A stretch of DNA of 64,000 nt, taken from positions 3,459,647 to 3,523,646 of the forward strand of contig NC_068999.1 in assembly GCF_001194135.2 (NCBI RefSeq). The letters are read 5' to 3'. The notes under the pieces were generated by a model, which did not search any database, was not told the DNA's origin, and saw nothing but the letters and a program-made list of their open reading frames with translations. Below, piece by piece: positions 14,431-27,663 of the stretch. Numbering within the stretch: the stretch's first letter is position 1; every line of letters starts with the position of its first letter. This stretch comes from Octopus bimaculoides. Lineage: Eukaryota. A program made the translations under genes and the position numbers.

Positions 14431-14586
14431 ACAGGATTCTTCCATTTTCTATCTACCAAATCCACTTACAAGGCTTTGGTCTGCCCTATAGTAGAAGACA
14501 CTTGTCCAAGGTGTCACACAGTGGGACTGAACCCGGAACCATGTGGTTGGGAAGCAAGCTCCTTACCCGAACGCCATGCCTGCGCC
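14431..14586 (-). mobile_element. SINE family B head portion
   Basis: Reverse complement of GGCGCAGGCATGGCGTTCGGGTAAGGAGCTTGCTTCCCAACCACATGGTTCCGGGTTCAGTCCC. Confidence 0.75.
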
Positions 14587-14605
14587 TATATATATATATA
14601 CACAC

Positions 14606-14658
<53 letters not shown>

Positions 14659-15675
14659 CATAGATATCAAGTGGATAGAGGGGTAAACAGTATTAAAATG
14701 AAATTAGAACTGTGACAGCCCTTAAACAGAAGGACCAGATATGTAATGAAACATTATAAAAAGAGATGACTCACACACACAGACACACACACAATGAATA
14801 AGTAAACAGTAAAGTGAGAAGAGAGAGAGAGAGAGAGAGTGAGAAGAGAGAGAGAGAGAGAGAGTGAGAGAGAGAGAGATAGAGAGATTAAAGTGATGAA
14901 CATTGGTGATAGCAAAAGAGTTGTTGTGTTGGAGATGTCTGCATTGAAACTGGGTTTAATGTCTCGTCTAATGCTTAACCCTTTAACAATACTTATAGTT
15001 TACAATGATTAATGGCTGTGTTAATGTATTTATATTAAAAAAAAATATGAGAATAAGACAAAAAAAGGACAAAGAATCGTATGCGATTTGCCGGAGGGTG
15101 GGGTTTGGGTGCTAACAATATGTTGAGGGGTGGAATATGACTGGTTTGGAACAAATAGCTTTGACTTTATGGCAGCTGGGTTTTTGGTCAATTGGAACAC
15201 ACACACATACACACACACACACAGAAAAAAAAAAGAAGAAAAAACGTTAGAATGTAAAGAATAAAGTTTTGAATAAAAAAAAAACTTCTCAATGTATTCG
15301 ACTGAATTTTTATTTGATCAAATGCAACCCCACCACCACCACCGACCAAATGTAATCTGGCGGGAGAACAATGGTCACGCTTCTCTCTCTTTCTCTCTCT
15401 GTCATTTTTCATTTTGTCTTTGCCCCCCACCCCCTCTCATAAAATCTGTTTCGTTCTGGTGGCTGCAGCCACCTCCATTTTCACGCATGATTGGGTCTTA
15501 TAATATGCAATATGCAGCATAAATGCGTACGCATTCTATATAAAGGCATATGCACTACACACACGCACACATACACACATTCAAAAGGGCTTAGTCATTT
15601 AGAACACATACATACACATTCACACAATGCAGAAATGCCACCATGTCGGCAACAGTACTTTACACACACACTTGA

Positions 15676-15709
<34 letters not shown>

Positions 15710-15880
15710 GCATATATATACACACACACACACATACACACGTATGTGTGCATTTATTGATATGCAAATCCATGCGTCCATGTCTATGTTCCCATCCACC
15801 CCCCCACTGACGCTGTCTGTCAGCTGCTGGAAAAAGACAGTCTCTTGGTTCTCACCATCATTACTCACACCACACAACAG

Positions 15881-15932
<52 letters not shown>

Positions 15933-16561
15933 TGGTGGGGGAGACGCAAGATACTATGACTGATGTGTGCAAATGCATCTGCATGTGTGTGTGTGTGTTA
16001 TGCAACAGGGAAAAAATAATGCTATGACTAATGCGTCTGCATGTGTGTGTGTGTGTGTGTGTGTGTAACAGGTAAGACGTATTGTTTTAATACATGTGTG
16101 TGTGTGTGTGTAATAAGCATAATAGAGAGGCTAACCATGATACGCTGGTGTTAAAGACCAAGGCTAGCACCACCCTCAACAACAAATTATGAAAACATTT
16201 AGCTCAATCTAACACATTATTTCTTGTTATTCTGTTAGCAGTTCGACTTGTGTGCACTTAGTTGCAGCTTTTCTGTTCTTATGTGTGTTTACATCATTTA
16301 ATGTACACAATATAAGAGCTATGAATAGTTTTTTGCTGGGAGATGTGGCTCTAGGCAGGTTTTTAATAGCATACCTTGTGTCACCAAGCAATCTTCATGT
16401 TATAAAAACCTACCTAGACACGTGTCTTCATAGCAAGAAACTAATAGCAATTTGTATCTTTAAACTGTCTACATTAAATGATATTTCTCTCTCACTGGGT
16501 AGACTAGCTTTTTTGTTGATCTTACCTTAACAGAACAGTAAGCTAAATATGTGTGTGTGTT

Positions 16562-16612
<51 letters not shown>

Positions 16613-16881
16613 NNNNNNNNNNNNNNNNNNNNNNNNNNNNNNNNNNNNNNNNNNNNNNNNNNNNNNNNNNNNNNNNNNNNNNNNNNNNNNNNNNNNNNNN
16701 NCTGGCATGGGTTAGACTGTTTGACTGGAACTGGCAGGCCAAAGAGAAACACTAGGATCCAGTCTGACTTTGGCGTGCTTTCTATGGCGCTGGATACCCT
16801 TCCTAACACCAACGATTCCAAGAGTGTAGAGGGTGCCTTGTGCATGTCACTGGCATGGGTGCTTTTATATATATATCTATA

Positions 16882-16921
<40 letters not shown>

Positions 16922-17418
16922 TGCAGCATGGAAGGTGTTTATAAGCCGTTTAAAATTTAGCAGTTTGGCAAAACAGACCGATAGAATAAGTACTAGGATT
17001 ACAAAGAATAAGTCCTGGGGTCAATTTGCTCAACTAAAAGGCACTGCTCCAGCATGGCCGCAGTCAAATGACTGAAACAAGTAAAAGAATAACGCATAAA
17101 CAGAGCCTAAAAGATTACCTTAAGATACATCACGTATTTTATGTATATATGCAGGATCAAATATCATAACAGCATGAAACTATTGGTAGCTCTTTGGCTG
17201 GTGCAGTGCAATAGTAGAAGACACCAATGCATGTTGCTGAGCATGGAACTGAAACCGAGACCACTTGGTTTGGGAAGTCAACTTCATAATCACACATCCA
17301 TGCTTGCACACGCACACACACATGTACTTATACATATATCGATAAAGGTATTATACATACATATATCATATAAGCATGTATTGAACTATCACTATTATCA
17401 TGTTTGTGTGTATACACA

Positions 17419-17472
<54 letters not shown>

Positions 17473-17570
17473 TACTTATACACCAATATAATTTGTTGGT
17501 AGCTATATTAGTAACAATTTTTTTACATTTCACACATAATTAAGTTCGTTAAAAAAACACAAACAGTAAT

Positions 17571-17615
<45 letters not shown>

Positions 17616-18543
17616 AACAATAGTAATTAAATATAGCAAGAATGCAGAGATAAAAGCATGAGTGGAGGTTGAAGAGATGAGTGTGAGGTTAGTGGAGGTT
17701 TGAGAGAGGGTTTTTTTGCTAAGCAAACAGTAAATTATGGTGATTGAGTATTCCATGGTTTGTTTATCAAATCTAATTAATGGTGAATGCTGATTGATTA
17801 ATGTCTGAGTTGCAATGAAGAGATGTCATAACTCTCTCTCTCTCTGTCTCAATCAAACTGACATAATAAAGCAGAGACGAAGCTAAGAGAACGTTTCCAA
17901 CATTGGCTGGAATTACGCTATGATGGGTCACAGGTGATTAATTTATACCATGGGGTTAGAGAAAAACCACCTCTTTCTCTAATTCTACAATCATAGAAGG
18001 ATTAAAATGAAACAAGGAACAAGTTCAGATGACCTGTTCTTTGCTGCCAAGTCGTAAAAGACTTCTCTGTTTTGTTATTCGAGAAGAAAAGTTGGTAACA
18101 AACATTTGCAGGTCTAGAAATCCAGATGAGCCCACTTTGTAAAGAAAACCCAACTCGTTCTCTAATTCTATAACCAGAGAGATTACAATAAAACAAAGAA
18201 CGAGTTCTGAAATTAATGGTCGCGAAGGAACACAGATGACCTGTCCTCAGCTGCCAAGCAGTTAAAAAGCTTCTCCATCTTTGTTATTCTAGAAAAATTG
18301 GTACCAAACATTTGCACTTGGGTTCAGTGAAAGCATTTCTCTGAACCCTGGTGCTCCAGCATGGCCGCAGTCAATTGACTGAAAAGAAAATAATAATAAT
18401 AATAATAATAATAATCATCATCATCATCATCATCGTTTAACGTCCGCTTTCCATGCTAGCATGGGTTGGACGATTTGACTGAGGACTGGTGCAACCGGAT
18501 GGCTACACCATGCTCCAATCTAATTTGGCAGAGTAATAATAAT

Positions 18544-18745
18544 AACTCTTTCTACTCTAGGCAGAAGGCCTGAAATTTTGGCAGGGAGGTGGGGTTAGTT
18601 GATAACACCATCCCCAGTGCATGACTGGTACTTATCGACCCCCGAGAGGATGAAAGGTAAAGTTGACCTAGAATTTGAATTTAGAACATAAAGACAAATG
18701 AAATGCCACAAAGCACTTCGTCCAGCAGGCTACCAATTCTGCCTG
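18544..18745 (-). mobile_element. SINE family A copy (diverged)
   Basis: Reverse complement of the family A core. Confidence 0.7.
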
Positions 18746-21700
18746 AATGATAACAACAGTAATATGATAAGGGAGGGGCCTTTTATAAGGTCAACTGATC
18801 TGCTAGAAATAGTAGCCAGATCTCCCTCAATTTAGACTGGCTTGAAAAAGGAAGAATTCATTGGATAATGAAGTCCTGGCTATGCTTGAATGAGATAGTC
18901 ATGGTTGGAACGTTTTTTGGTCATAAGATTGCATGTTGAAGGATGAAGCAGAGTCAAACAACAGTAATTTGACGATGATGATGATGATGATGATGATGAA
19001 GAGTAATATCCAGGCCTGCCATGACTGAGCCAACTTCTAAGTAACAAGTATTCCGTCTGTAACCATGTAATGTAACGTGTGCTTCTTTATTTTTCAGATG
19101 CTGGGGTAATTTTGCTGTTATTTCTAACAGGTCAAGAGACAGCATAACAGAAGAGGAGAGACAATTAAAACGACCGCCACCAACACCACCATCCCAGGAT
19201 ATTACTGGTTACTGCCTTCAGTAACATGAAAAGACTGAGATGGTAAAGATAAATGTCTGAGGCTGGGATTGAACTCATGACAATGACTATTGAAATGAAG
19301 TGAAAGAGTGGACAAAATATGCAGAGCCTGTCTAATTAAACCCTTCTCCCAATTTCTCGGTAAATAAAGTAATTTCTTAATTACATACTCCAACTCTTGC
19401 TTTAATTGGGGCAACAGAAATTGTAATTTTCACATTCCTAATTGTGTAAATGTGCGTGTGTGTGTGTGTGTGTGTGTAAATATGTAAGTTTGTATGTATG
19501 TGTGTGTGTGTATGCAGACACATAAATGTACCTAAGTACATACCCACCCATATTTATATACACTTATTATTATATAAGCTGAATGTCTCCCTATACACAC
19601 ACACGCACACACACACACACACATGGACGTTATCTGCGTGTGTGTGGATGTGTGTGTGTGAGTATTTATTCAACCATATTTATGTACACTATTACAGAAA
19701 CTGAACGTCTGCCTACACATAAACATCAAATCTCTCTCTCTCTCTCTCTAAATGTGTGTGTGTGTCTGTCTGTGTGTGTGTGTGTGTGCAAGCGCGCATA
19801 TTTCAAAGGTTAGTTGTGAACTAGAAGCCACTCTCAAAGGATTCCAAATGGGTTTAGACAAGAATATAATTATTATATGCTAAATTAAAATAAAGATGAT
19901 TCTTTACAGACGGCCACATGTTTCCCTCTAACAAACTCATCAGAGAAATGTAATATTTGGTTCAATTGATGGATTGTAGAGTTAGAAAGGATGCAGGGGG
20001 GGGGGATCTATTTACATTAAACTAAAGGGGGCAGGGAGATGTTTATTAGGGGAATCGAGATCAGTTAGCAAAGGACGAAGTACAACTCAAGTGGTATGAG
20101 ATCTGAATAGAGAGAAAGAATTTAGTTGTATAGGGAACAAAAGAAGAATGAAGGGGATAAAGGAATTAAGGGAGTAACATGATACGTGATGGGAGGGGGG
20201 GCAGATACATAGTAATTTATTCCTCAATAAAAAAAGCAGAAGAACAAACATTTATTTTGCTTGTAAAAAATATGGAAAGGAAAAGACATAAAATTATTTT
20301 TAATTATTGTTCCATTTGTTTTAACCGTCCAACCCATGCCAGCATGGACAACAGATGCTAAACGATGATATATCTTGGTCTTGCAAATTACTCGGTGACC
20401 CAGCCAGTGCTGGTGCCACATAGAAAAAGGCACTCAGTCCATTCTGCTGAGTGGTTGGTGTTAGGAAGGGCATCCAACAGCCAAAAACCAGAGTAAACCA
20501 GATCCTGAATCTTGGCACCAACTCCTGTCAGACTGTCCAACCCATACCAGCATGGAAAGCAGACATTTGATGATGATGATATATATATATATATATATAT
20601 AAATAAATGTATCTGAGTATGTGTGTGTGTGTGTGTGTGTAGCAATGTTCCATATCCGATGACAGACAAAACTATTAATTTAATTTCATTGATATATATT
20701 AAATGGCATTTTTAGAATTAATTTAAATGCTTAGTTGTTGTTGTTGTTTTCGTCGTTCAATTTGATAGTTTCAGAAATCTTGAACTAACCAATATGTCGG
20801 ACNNNNNNNNNNNNNNNNNNNNNNNNNNNNNNNNNNNNNNNNNNNNNNNNNNNNNNNNNNNNNNNNNNNNNNNNNNNNNNNNNNNNNNNNNNNNNNNNNN
20901 NNNNNNNNNNNNNNNNNNNNNCACCGCCACCACCAATGCCGCCATCACCACCACCACACATGCACACTGTGCTACAGAGATTCCAGTATTTCCACCAACT
21001 GTACAAATATGTAGTACTGTACTGTGTCACAGTTGTGGGGGTGGCGGCAGTGGCGACGGCAGCAAAGGTGGTGGTGGTGGTGGTGGTGCTGTATCATTGC
21101 TACAACATAGACTATTAATAGGTTAGTAGTACTGGATGATGGGACAGCTAACAGTGTTGCATGATGGGGGGAAGCATCGCATACACATACACACAATAAG
21201 CTGTACACCGCCTTCCAAAAAAACACATATACACGCACACACACACACAACATACGCATATCTACACACACACACACAACATACGCATATCTACACACAC
21301 ACACACACACAGCTCACATATATGCATATCTACACAACCTACACAACCGCCCATTCCACCCCACCCAACTGCATGTAATAGATAAAAAGGAATTCAGATG
21401 TGAGGAGGGGGGCACGTCCCCCCGTCCTCCCACTCATAACATTTGTAAGTAGGGAAGGAGGGGGTATGACACCCCCAACCCCCGCCCAGCCACCTCCCAC
21501 TAACCCTTGTAAGGAGGAAGTTAGTCAAGTCTGTAAGGGGTCAAAAATTTCTTACAGGAAACCCCAACATGGACCAGGTAATACTCTAAATGTCAGCCTT
21601 AAGATGTTCAAATACCATTTATTACCATCATCATCATCATCGTCGTCATCATTTATATTATCATCATTATCTCTATCATTATATATTATTATTGTTGTTA

Positions 21701-22269
21701 ATGGACCCTGCAGAGGAATCTCAATTTACTCCTTTCAGCAATAGATGCCCTCATCCCTGTTTCAAAATTCTCGCTCTGATATGTGTGGTGTGTCTTTACA
21801 TGCATACAAACTGTATGTGTGTATCTGTATACATGTGTGTGTGTGTGTGTGTGTGTGTGCTTTATCCTATAAGAGCTCAGCAGACTCGGCTCATATTTAA
21901 TCTATTAAATAACCCACAATGAAGACAGTGAAACACTCAAATTAACTGCTAATTAGCTGCTTCATCAGTCAGTGATCCACTTCAAGGATTAATTAACTCT
22001 ATTCATGTCAGATTTAATGTCACCCCACCACCATTTTATAACCCTTCCTCCTCTTCACCCCACCCCACATACACACACACATCAATCCTTCTTTGGTGAA
22101 GATGTGGCTGTGTGGTCAACAACTTTACCTGCCAATTATTGTGACTCCAGTTTCCATCCTTACTTGAACAAATGTCTTGAATCATATTCCTGGACCAACC
22201 GAATCTTTGTCATTGAAACTGGTTAGCTGTAAAACTGTCGGATGAGCAGGTTTGGGGCGACAGATTTAA

Positions 22270-22450
22270 TCTCTCACTACACTTTCATTGATTGTACATT
22301 CAGACATTCAATAGGGTCCACTAGCATCATAGACTAATCAGTGTCTCAGTTCCACACCGTCAACACAACCTTCCTCGGGTACATCGTCAGCAGGGTCTGC
22401 TAAGGTTGCATCCCAGTTTTAACACCACCACATGGACTTTGTGTTTGCTC
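22270..22450 (+). mobile_element. Possible ancient Gypsy LTR-retrotransposon RT remnant
   Basis: QFHTVNTTFLGYIVS resembles Gypsy CEFH....SFLGYIIS, and an upstream TAC ATT CA GAC ATT looks like a decayed YIDDI. Very short. Confidence 0.3.
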
Positions 22451-22829
22451 TCAGTGGACTAAAAACAGTTGTAAAAGTCTGGGTAAGGCTTACAGTTGAC
22501 AGCTAACTTTTCTTCCTTACTGCCCCCAAAAGGGGTCAGAGGTGCTACCTATCCTCATCTGACTTGCCCAGTAAAATGACTGTCTAATGAATTATTTCTC
22601 ATCATCTCAATCAATCAACATCCACTAATAACTCATCTTCAGTAGATGTAAGTGATCAAAACAGAAAACAACATCAGCCATTTTGGACTGAAAATGAAAT
22701 TTTCATGTTGTTCTGAGCTTTTTGAAGACCCGCAAAACAGATGAGGGACAGCAACAGGAATTACATCTGACAATAAAAGTCCTGCTTCAAAATCAATCCC
22801 TGTCCATGGACAACGAACGATAAAAGAGG

Positions 22830-23165
22830 CCATGCTGGGGCACCGCCTTGAAGAATTTTAGTCAAATGAATTGACCTCAGTACATTTTTTTTTTAAAAAC
22901 TGGTAATTATTATATCAGATTCTTTTGCCAAACCACTAAGTTACGGGGTCATCAACATACTAGCATCAGTTGTCAAGCAGTGGTGGAAGACAGACAGACA
23001 GACACATACACACATATAGGACGGGCTTCTTTCAGTTTCCATCTACAAAATCCACTTACAAAGCTTTGGCCAGCCTGAGGCTGTAGTAGAAAAAAAGACG
23101 CTTGCCCAAGGTGTCACGCAGTGGGATTGAACCTTGAACCGTGTGCTTGAGAAGCAAACTTCTTA
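22830..23165 (-). mobile_element. SINE family B copy
   Basis: Same head and tail as 59675-60152. Confidence 0.75.
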
Positions 23166-24024
23166 TACATAATTATATACCAATCTATCTGTCAATAGAG
23201 AGATAAGAGGGTTTGATGGTACAAACAGCACAAGTAGAAATCTAAATATATTCAAAAGTTACTGTTTCTCGTTGTTCAGCTGCAAAACTAAACAAGTAGC
23301 TCAAAGCCTCACAGTTTCGTGTTGCCCTTGCCAAACTTTAAACACACACACACACACACTTACCAAATAATCTAATCACAGAAACAAAACAGTCTTGTAT
23401 CCAACTGAGTGGTCTACACTAAATAAATATCGACATGTTTCAAGTTATTATAATAAATATTTAATATCCTGTAGTGATGATATCAAATTAGAGTGTGGTG
23501 GTGTATGTGTGGGGAGAATCAAGAGAAGAGATTGCTAAGATTGAGAGGAACATTCTCAATAAATACTAGTGATGATGATGATGATGATAGTGGTTGGTGG
23601 TAGTATTAATAATGACCATAACAACAACAACAACAACATAGAACTTGGTGATTTTTGTAAGTAGTTATCAGGAATAAAAAGGCAGAAAATACGAGATAAA
23701 AGGTTAATTTCCGGTGAGTTTTGATGGTAATTTCTGATTTGTCCTAAATTTTAAATTGATAGAAATGGTTTCTAGTGAACAATAATTGACAGGTGTATGT
23801 ATATATAATTATGTATGTGCATGTATGCATGTGTGTGTGTGTAGGCGACACTCTTTGATGTACGCATATTCCAGTTTATATGTGCGTGTGCATGTATATA
23901 TATACACACACACACATATATTTATATATATATATATATTTCTAACAAAACTGTCCGAGGAACAGGAACGTGAAACTCTGAGTAACAGCTTTTTGTTATA
24001 TTTCTGGTGCTTTTAAATAAAGTG

Positions 24025-24056
<32 letters not shown>

Positions 24057-24144
24057 ATTATGCATGTCTGCATGTATCTGTCTATATGCGTTCACACACA
24101 TGTACTTGTATGTATACTCACACTTACACACACACAAATGTGTT

Positions 24145-24182
<38 letters not shown>

Positions 24183-25090
24183 TACATATATACATCCGTA
24201 CACACTAGTAAATCCACTCACAAGGCTTTGGTCAGCATGAAGCTATAGTAGGAGACACTTGCCCAAGTTGCCACACAGTGGGACTGAACCCAGAACCATA
24301 TGGTTGGAAAGCAAGATTCTTACCACACAGCCACTCCTGTGAACTATGACATCGTTTGTCATGAATGGTGACCATGGTTTTCAATGGTGCATAAGCATCA
24401 AGGCAGGAGAAAGAGGAAGATCGACATACATATGCCATGGCCTTCTTAACAATTCCTATCTACCGATTTCACTAATGGGATTATTCAACCTGGGGTCAGT
24501 CCCTTATCCACAGTGCCATTTTGTGTAAATGAAATCAAAATCCTGTGGTTCCCAAATGAACTTCTTAACTACACAGCCACGTGAATGGATTTGGTGGAAG
24601 CACTGGTCCTCTTCTCATACTTTACTCTCTCGACCCTCATCCCCTGGCATAAAGTTGTCCCCTGTTGGGGATCTGTGGTTTTGGAAGCTGCATGGTAACT
24701 GCATTCATGCTGGAAGCATGAAGAGAGAATGCGCAGCACCAGGTGTGAAGTGGTTAGCATTAGGAAGGACATCCGGCCCTAGAAAACATGTGAAAGCAGA
24801 CATTGGAGCATGATGCACACTTTGGGCCCACAACATACTGACAAACGGTGCAACCTATGCCAGTGTCTGAACATAGAAAATATACCTCAAAGAATTCCAT
24901 CTAACCAATGCCAACACAGTAAAGTAAATGTTAAAAACTATAATGATGAATATGATGATTATATGACAAACATATTAATCAGTCAAGAACCTTAGAAGGC
25001 AACTGTCCACATGGCCTCATACCAACACCAGACTACTGATGAAGCCAATCACCAGTTAAACTTCGCAGACACTGTCAATATTTTCTTTGT

Positions 25091-25283
25091 ATACGCCGAA
25101 CGAAATGCTTAGTGGTATTTTGTCTGTCTTTATGCTCTTAGTTCAAATTCCCCCAAGGTTGACTTTGCCTTTCATCCTTTTGGAGTCGATAAATTAAGTA
25201 CCAGTTGCATACTGGTGATCAATCTAATCGACTGCCCCCCCTTCCCAAAATTTTGGGCCTTGTGCCAAGAGTAGAAAAGAATA
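25091..25283 (+). mobile_element. SINE family A copy (CpG-decayed)
   Basis: Family A core with multiple CG>TG/CA changes. Confidence 0.75.
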
Positions 25284-25384
25284 TCTTTTTTGTGTAAAAA
25301 ACAAAATATCTGAATAAAATGGTGTTCTTTCAATAAATACTTAACTCTTTTCATATGATTTTACAGAAAACACTATATATATAT

Positions 25385-25586
25385 TATGGAGATGTACTTG
25401 CATAGCAAGTGACCTGATCTAAGATTGTGTGCTGGAATGAAAACAATTGCAGCATGGAAGGTGTTTATAAGCCATTTAAAATAGCACACAAAGACTGTTA
25501 GATTCACTTCAACATTTAAATTTAATTTGTCAAAATATTTTCGTCGCTTTGAGATCGCGACCTGTTCACTGACAAAATTCTGTGCT

Positions 25587-25590
<4 letters not shown>
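25385..25590 (-). mobile_element. Interspersed repeat with a Penelope-like terminus carrying a minimal hammerhead fold
   Basis: Hammerhead architecture at 25526-25576. About 38 bp (ACAATTGCAGCATGGAAGGTGTTTATAAGCC...) is shared with 16918-16955, showing the sequence is repetitive. Confidence 0.5.
25526..25576 (-). ncRNA. Minimal type-I hammerhead ribozyme-like motif, G3:C8 variant
   Basis: TTTGTCA|GTGAACA|G|GTCGC-GATCTCAAA-GCGAC|GAA|AATATT|T|TGACAAA: 7-bp stem I, core, 5-bp stem II, GAA, palindromic stem III, UUU cleavage triplet. Confidence 0.55.
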
Positions 25591-25637
<47 letters not shown>

Positions 25638-26169
25638 TATATATATATACACACATATATATATACACACACACATATATATATACACATACACCCACAT
25701 ATATACATACACATACACCCACATATATACATACACATTTATACATCTATATATATACACACACACACACACATTATACATCTATACATTTATATATTTC
25801 CATATATACACTCATACATATTTATATACACATAATTAATACCAGTGCTGTTATTCGGAGTGACTGTGCATGTGGTGTGCTCTTTTAAATCATCTACAAT
25901 GACAGTAAAATAAACTATGTTGTTGTTATTGTAAAAGCATACAGCACAACAACAACAACAACAAGAGGGATGTGTGTGTGTGTGGGGTGGTGCATATATC
26001 ATGTTTTATACATACATGTTGAATGCTGATAATATCTCTGTTGGGAGTTCAACAGAAGTAACAGATACACACATATTTTTCCCCTCCAGGGACCAGTTAG
26101 CAATCTCATATTATTGGATGGGAATTTCTCATTAAATCAGGTCTTTATTATTATTATTATTATTATTAT

Positions 26170-26331
26170 ACTACACTCTCTGAGTGGTTGGCGTTAGGAA
26201 GGGCATCCAGCTGTAGAAACTCTGCCAAATCAGACTGGAGCCTGGTGTTGCCATCCGGTTTCACCAGTCCTCAGTCAAATCGTCCAACCCATGCTAGCAT
26301 GGAAAGCGGACGTTAAACGATGATGATGATG
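26170..26331 (+). mobile_element. RTE-type 3'-tail repeat ending in (ATG)n
   Basis: GAGTGGTTGGCGTTAGGAAGGGCATCCAGC...CATGGAAAGCGGACGTTAAACGATGATGATG. Other copies at 5327-5500 (-), 7330-7610 (+, 97-bp internal duplication), 16702-16865 (-), 18414-18535 (-) and 20316-20580 (+). Confidence 0.75.
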
Positions 26332-26363
<32 letters not shown>

Positions 26364-26578
26364 GGCGGCGAGCTGGCAGAATCGTTAGCACACCAGACGA
26401 AATGCTTAGCGGTATTTTGTCTGCCACTACGTTCTGAGTTCAAATTCTGCCAAGGTTGACTTTGCTTTCCACCCTTTCGGGGTCGATTGAATAAGTACCA
26501 GTTACGCAATGGGGCTTGATGTAATCAACTTAAGCCTTTCCCCCAAATTTCAGGCCTTGTACCCACAGTAGAAAGGAT
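26364..26578 (+). mobile_element. SINE family A (tRNA-like head, Meta/MESC-like central domain), first of a tandem pair
   Basis: GGCGGCGAGCTGGCAGAATCG...GAGTTCAAATTC...CTTTCGGGGTCGAT..AAGTACCAG. At least 8 copies in the window; assignment of the domain name is from memory. Confidence 0.8.
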
Positions 26579-26627
26579 GATTATTATTATTATTATCATT
26601 ATTATTATTATTGTTGTTGTCGTTGTT

Positions 26628-26840
26628 GTGGCGAGCTGGCAGAATCGTTAGCACGCCGGGCGAAATGCTTCATTGCATTCCGTTTGTCTTTACGTTCTGA
26701 GTTCAGATTCCGCCAAGGTCGACTTTTGCCTTTCATCCATTTGGGTTCGATAAATTAAGTACCAGTTGTATACTGAGGTCGATCTAATCGACTGGCCCCT
26801 AACCACCAAATATCAGGCTTTGTGCCTACGGTAAAAAGGG
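26628..26840 (+). mobile_element. SINE family A copy
   Basis: Same sequence as 26364-26578. Confidence 0.8.
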
Positions 26841-27179
26841 TTGCTATCTTTTAATGTTTTCAATGATTACCATAATATCTAGATTTATATTCTCATACAT
26901 ACACACACTTCGAGTAATTGCATACACATATACACATAGAGGAAACAAACATGCATATGTATACATCAATGTATATATATAAATGAAGATGTGTGTATAT
27001 ATGTAGACACAATTAAGAATGACAAAACCAGTGGAAGCAGTGATGTTGGTGGTGGTGGTGGTGGGGGTAGTGATGTTGTATTCATTAAAAAGAAGCTGTT
27101 TTAAAAACACAAGATTCTTTTAACAATTGCCATAAAAATATCTATTTACTGCCTCTGTTGTTGTTGCTTTTGTTTCAAC

Positions 27180-27217
<38 letters not shown>

Positions 27218-27349
27218 TGAGACTGTCTGGGAAACAGAGAGAGAGAGAGAGAGAGAGAGACTATATAAAACTGTGAGACAAAGAAAGAGTACAAGATTAT
27301 GTGTGAGCGAGAATGAATGAGAGGAAATGTGAATGTGTGCGTGCGAGAG

Positions 27350-27400
<51 letters not shown>

Positions 27401-27529
27401 GTATATATATTGTATTGTGATTCTTTGTTATATAAACTTGAAGAAATGTCGATGGTGTGTGTATGGGAGTTCGTAGTAACTAGTGCGTTGTAGTGTGGCA
27501 CATAGTATAATGACGTTGTGTGTGTATGT

Positions 27530-27577
<48 letters not shown>

Positions 27578-27627
27578 ACTACGGTATTATAGAGATTGTC
27601 TAACGTGTATATAGTATAATGTGGCAG

Positions 27628-27663
<36 letters not shown>

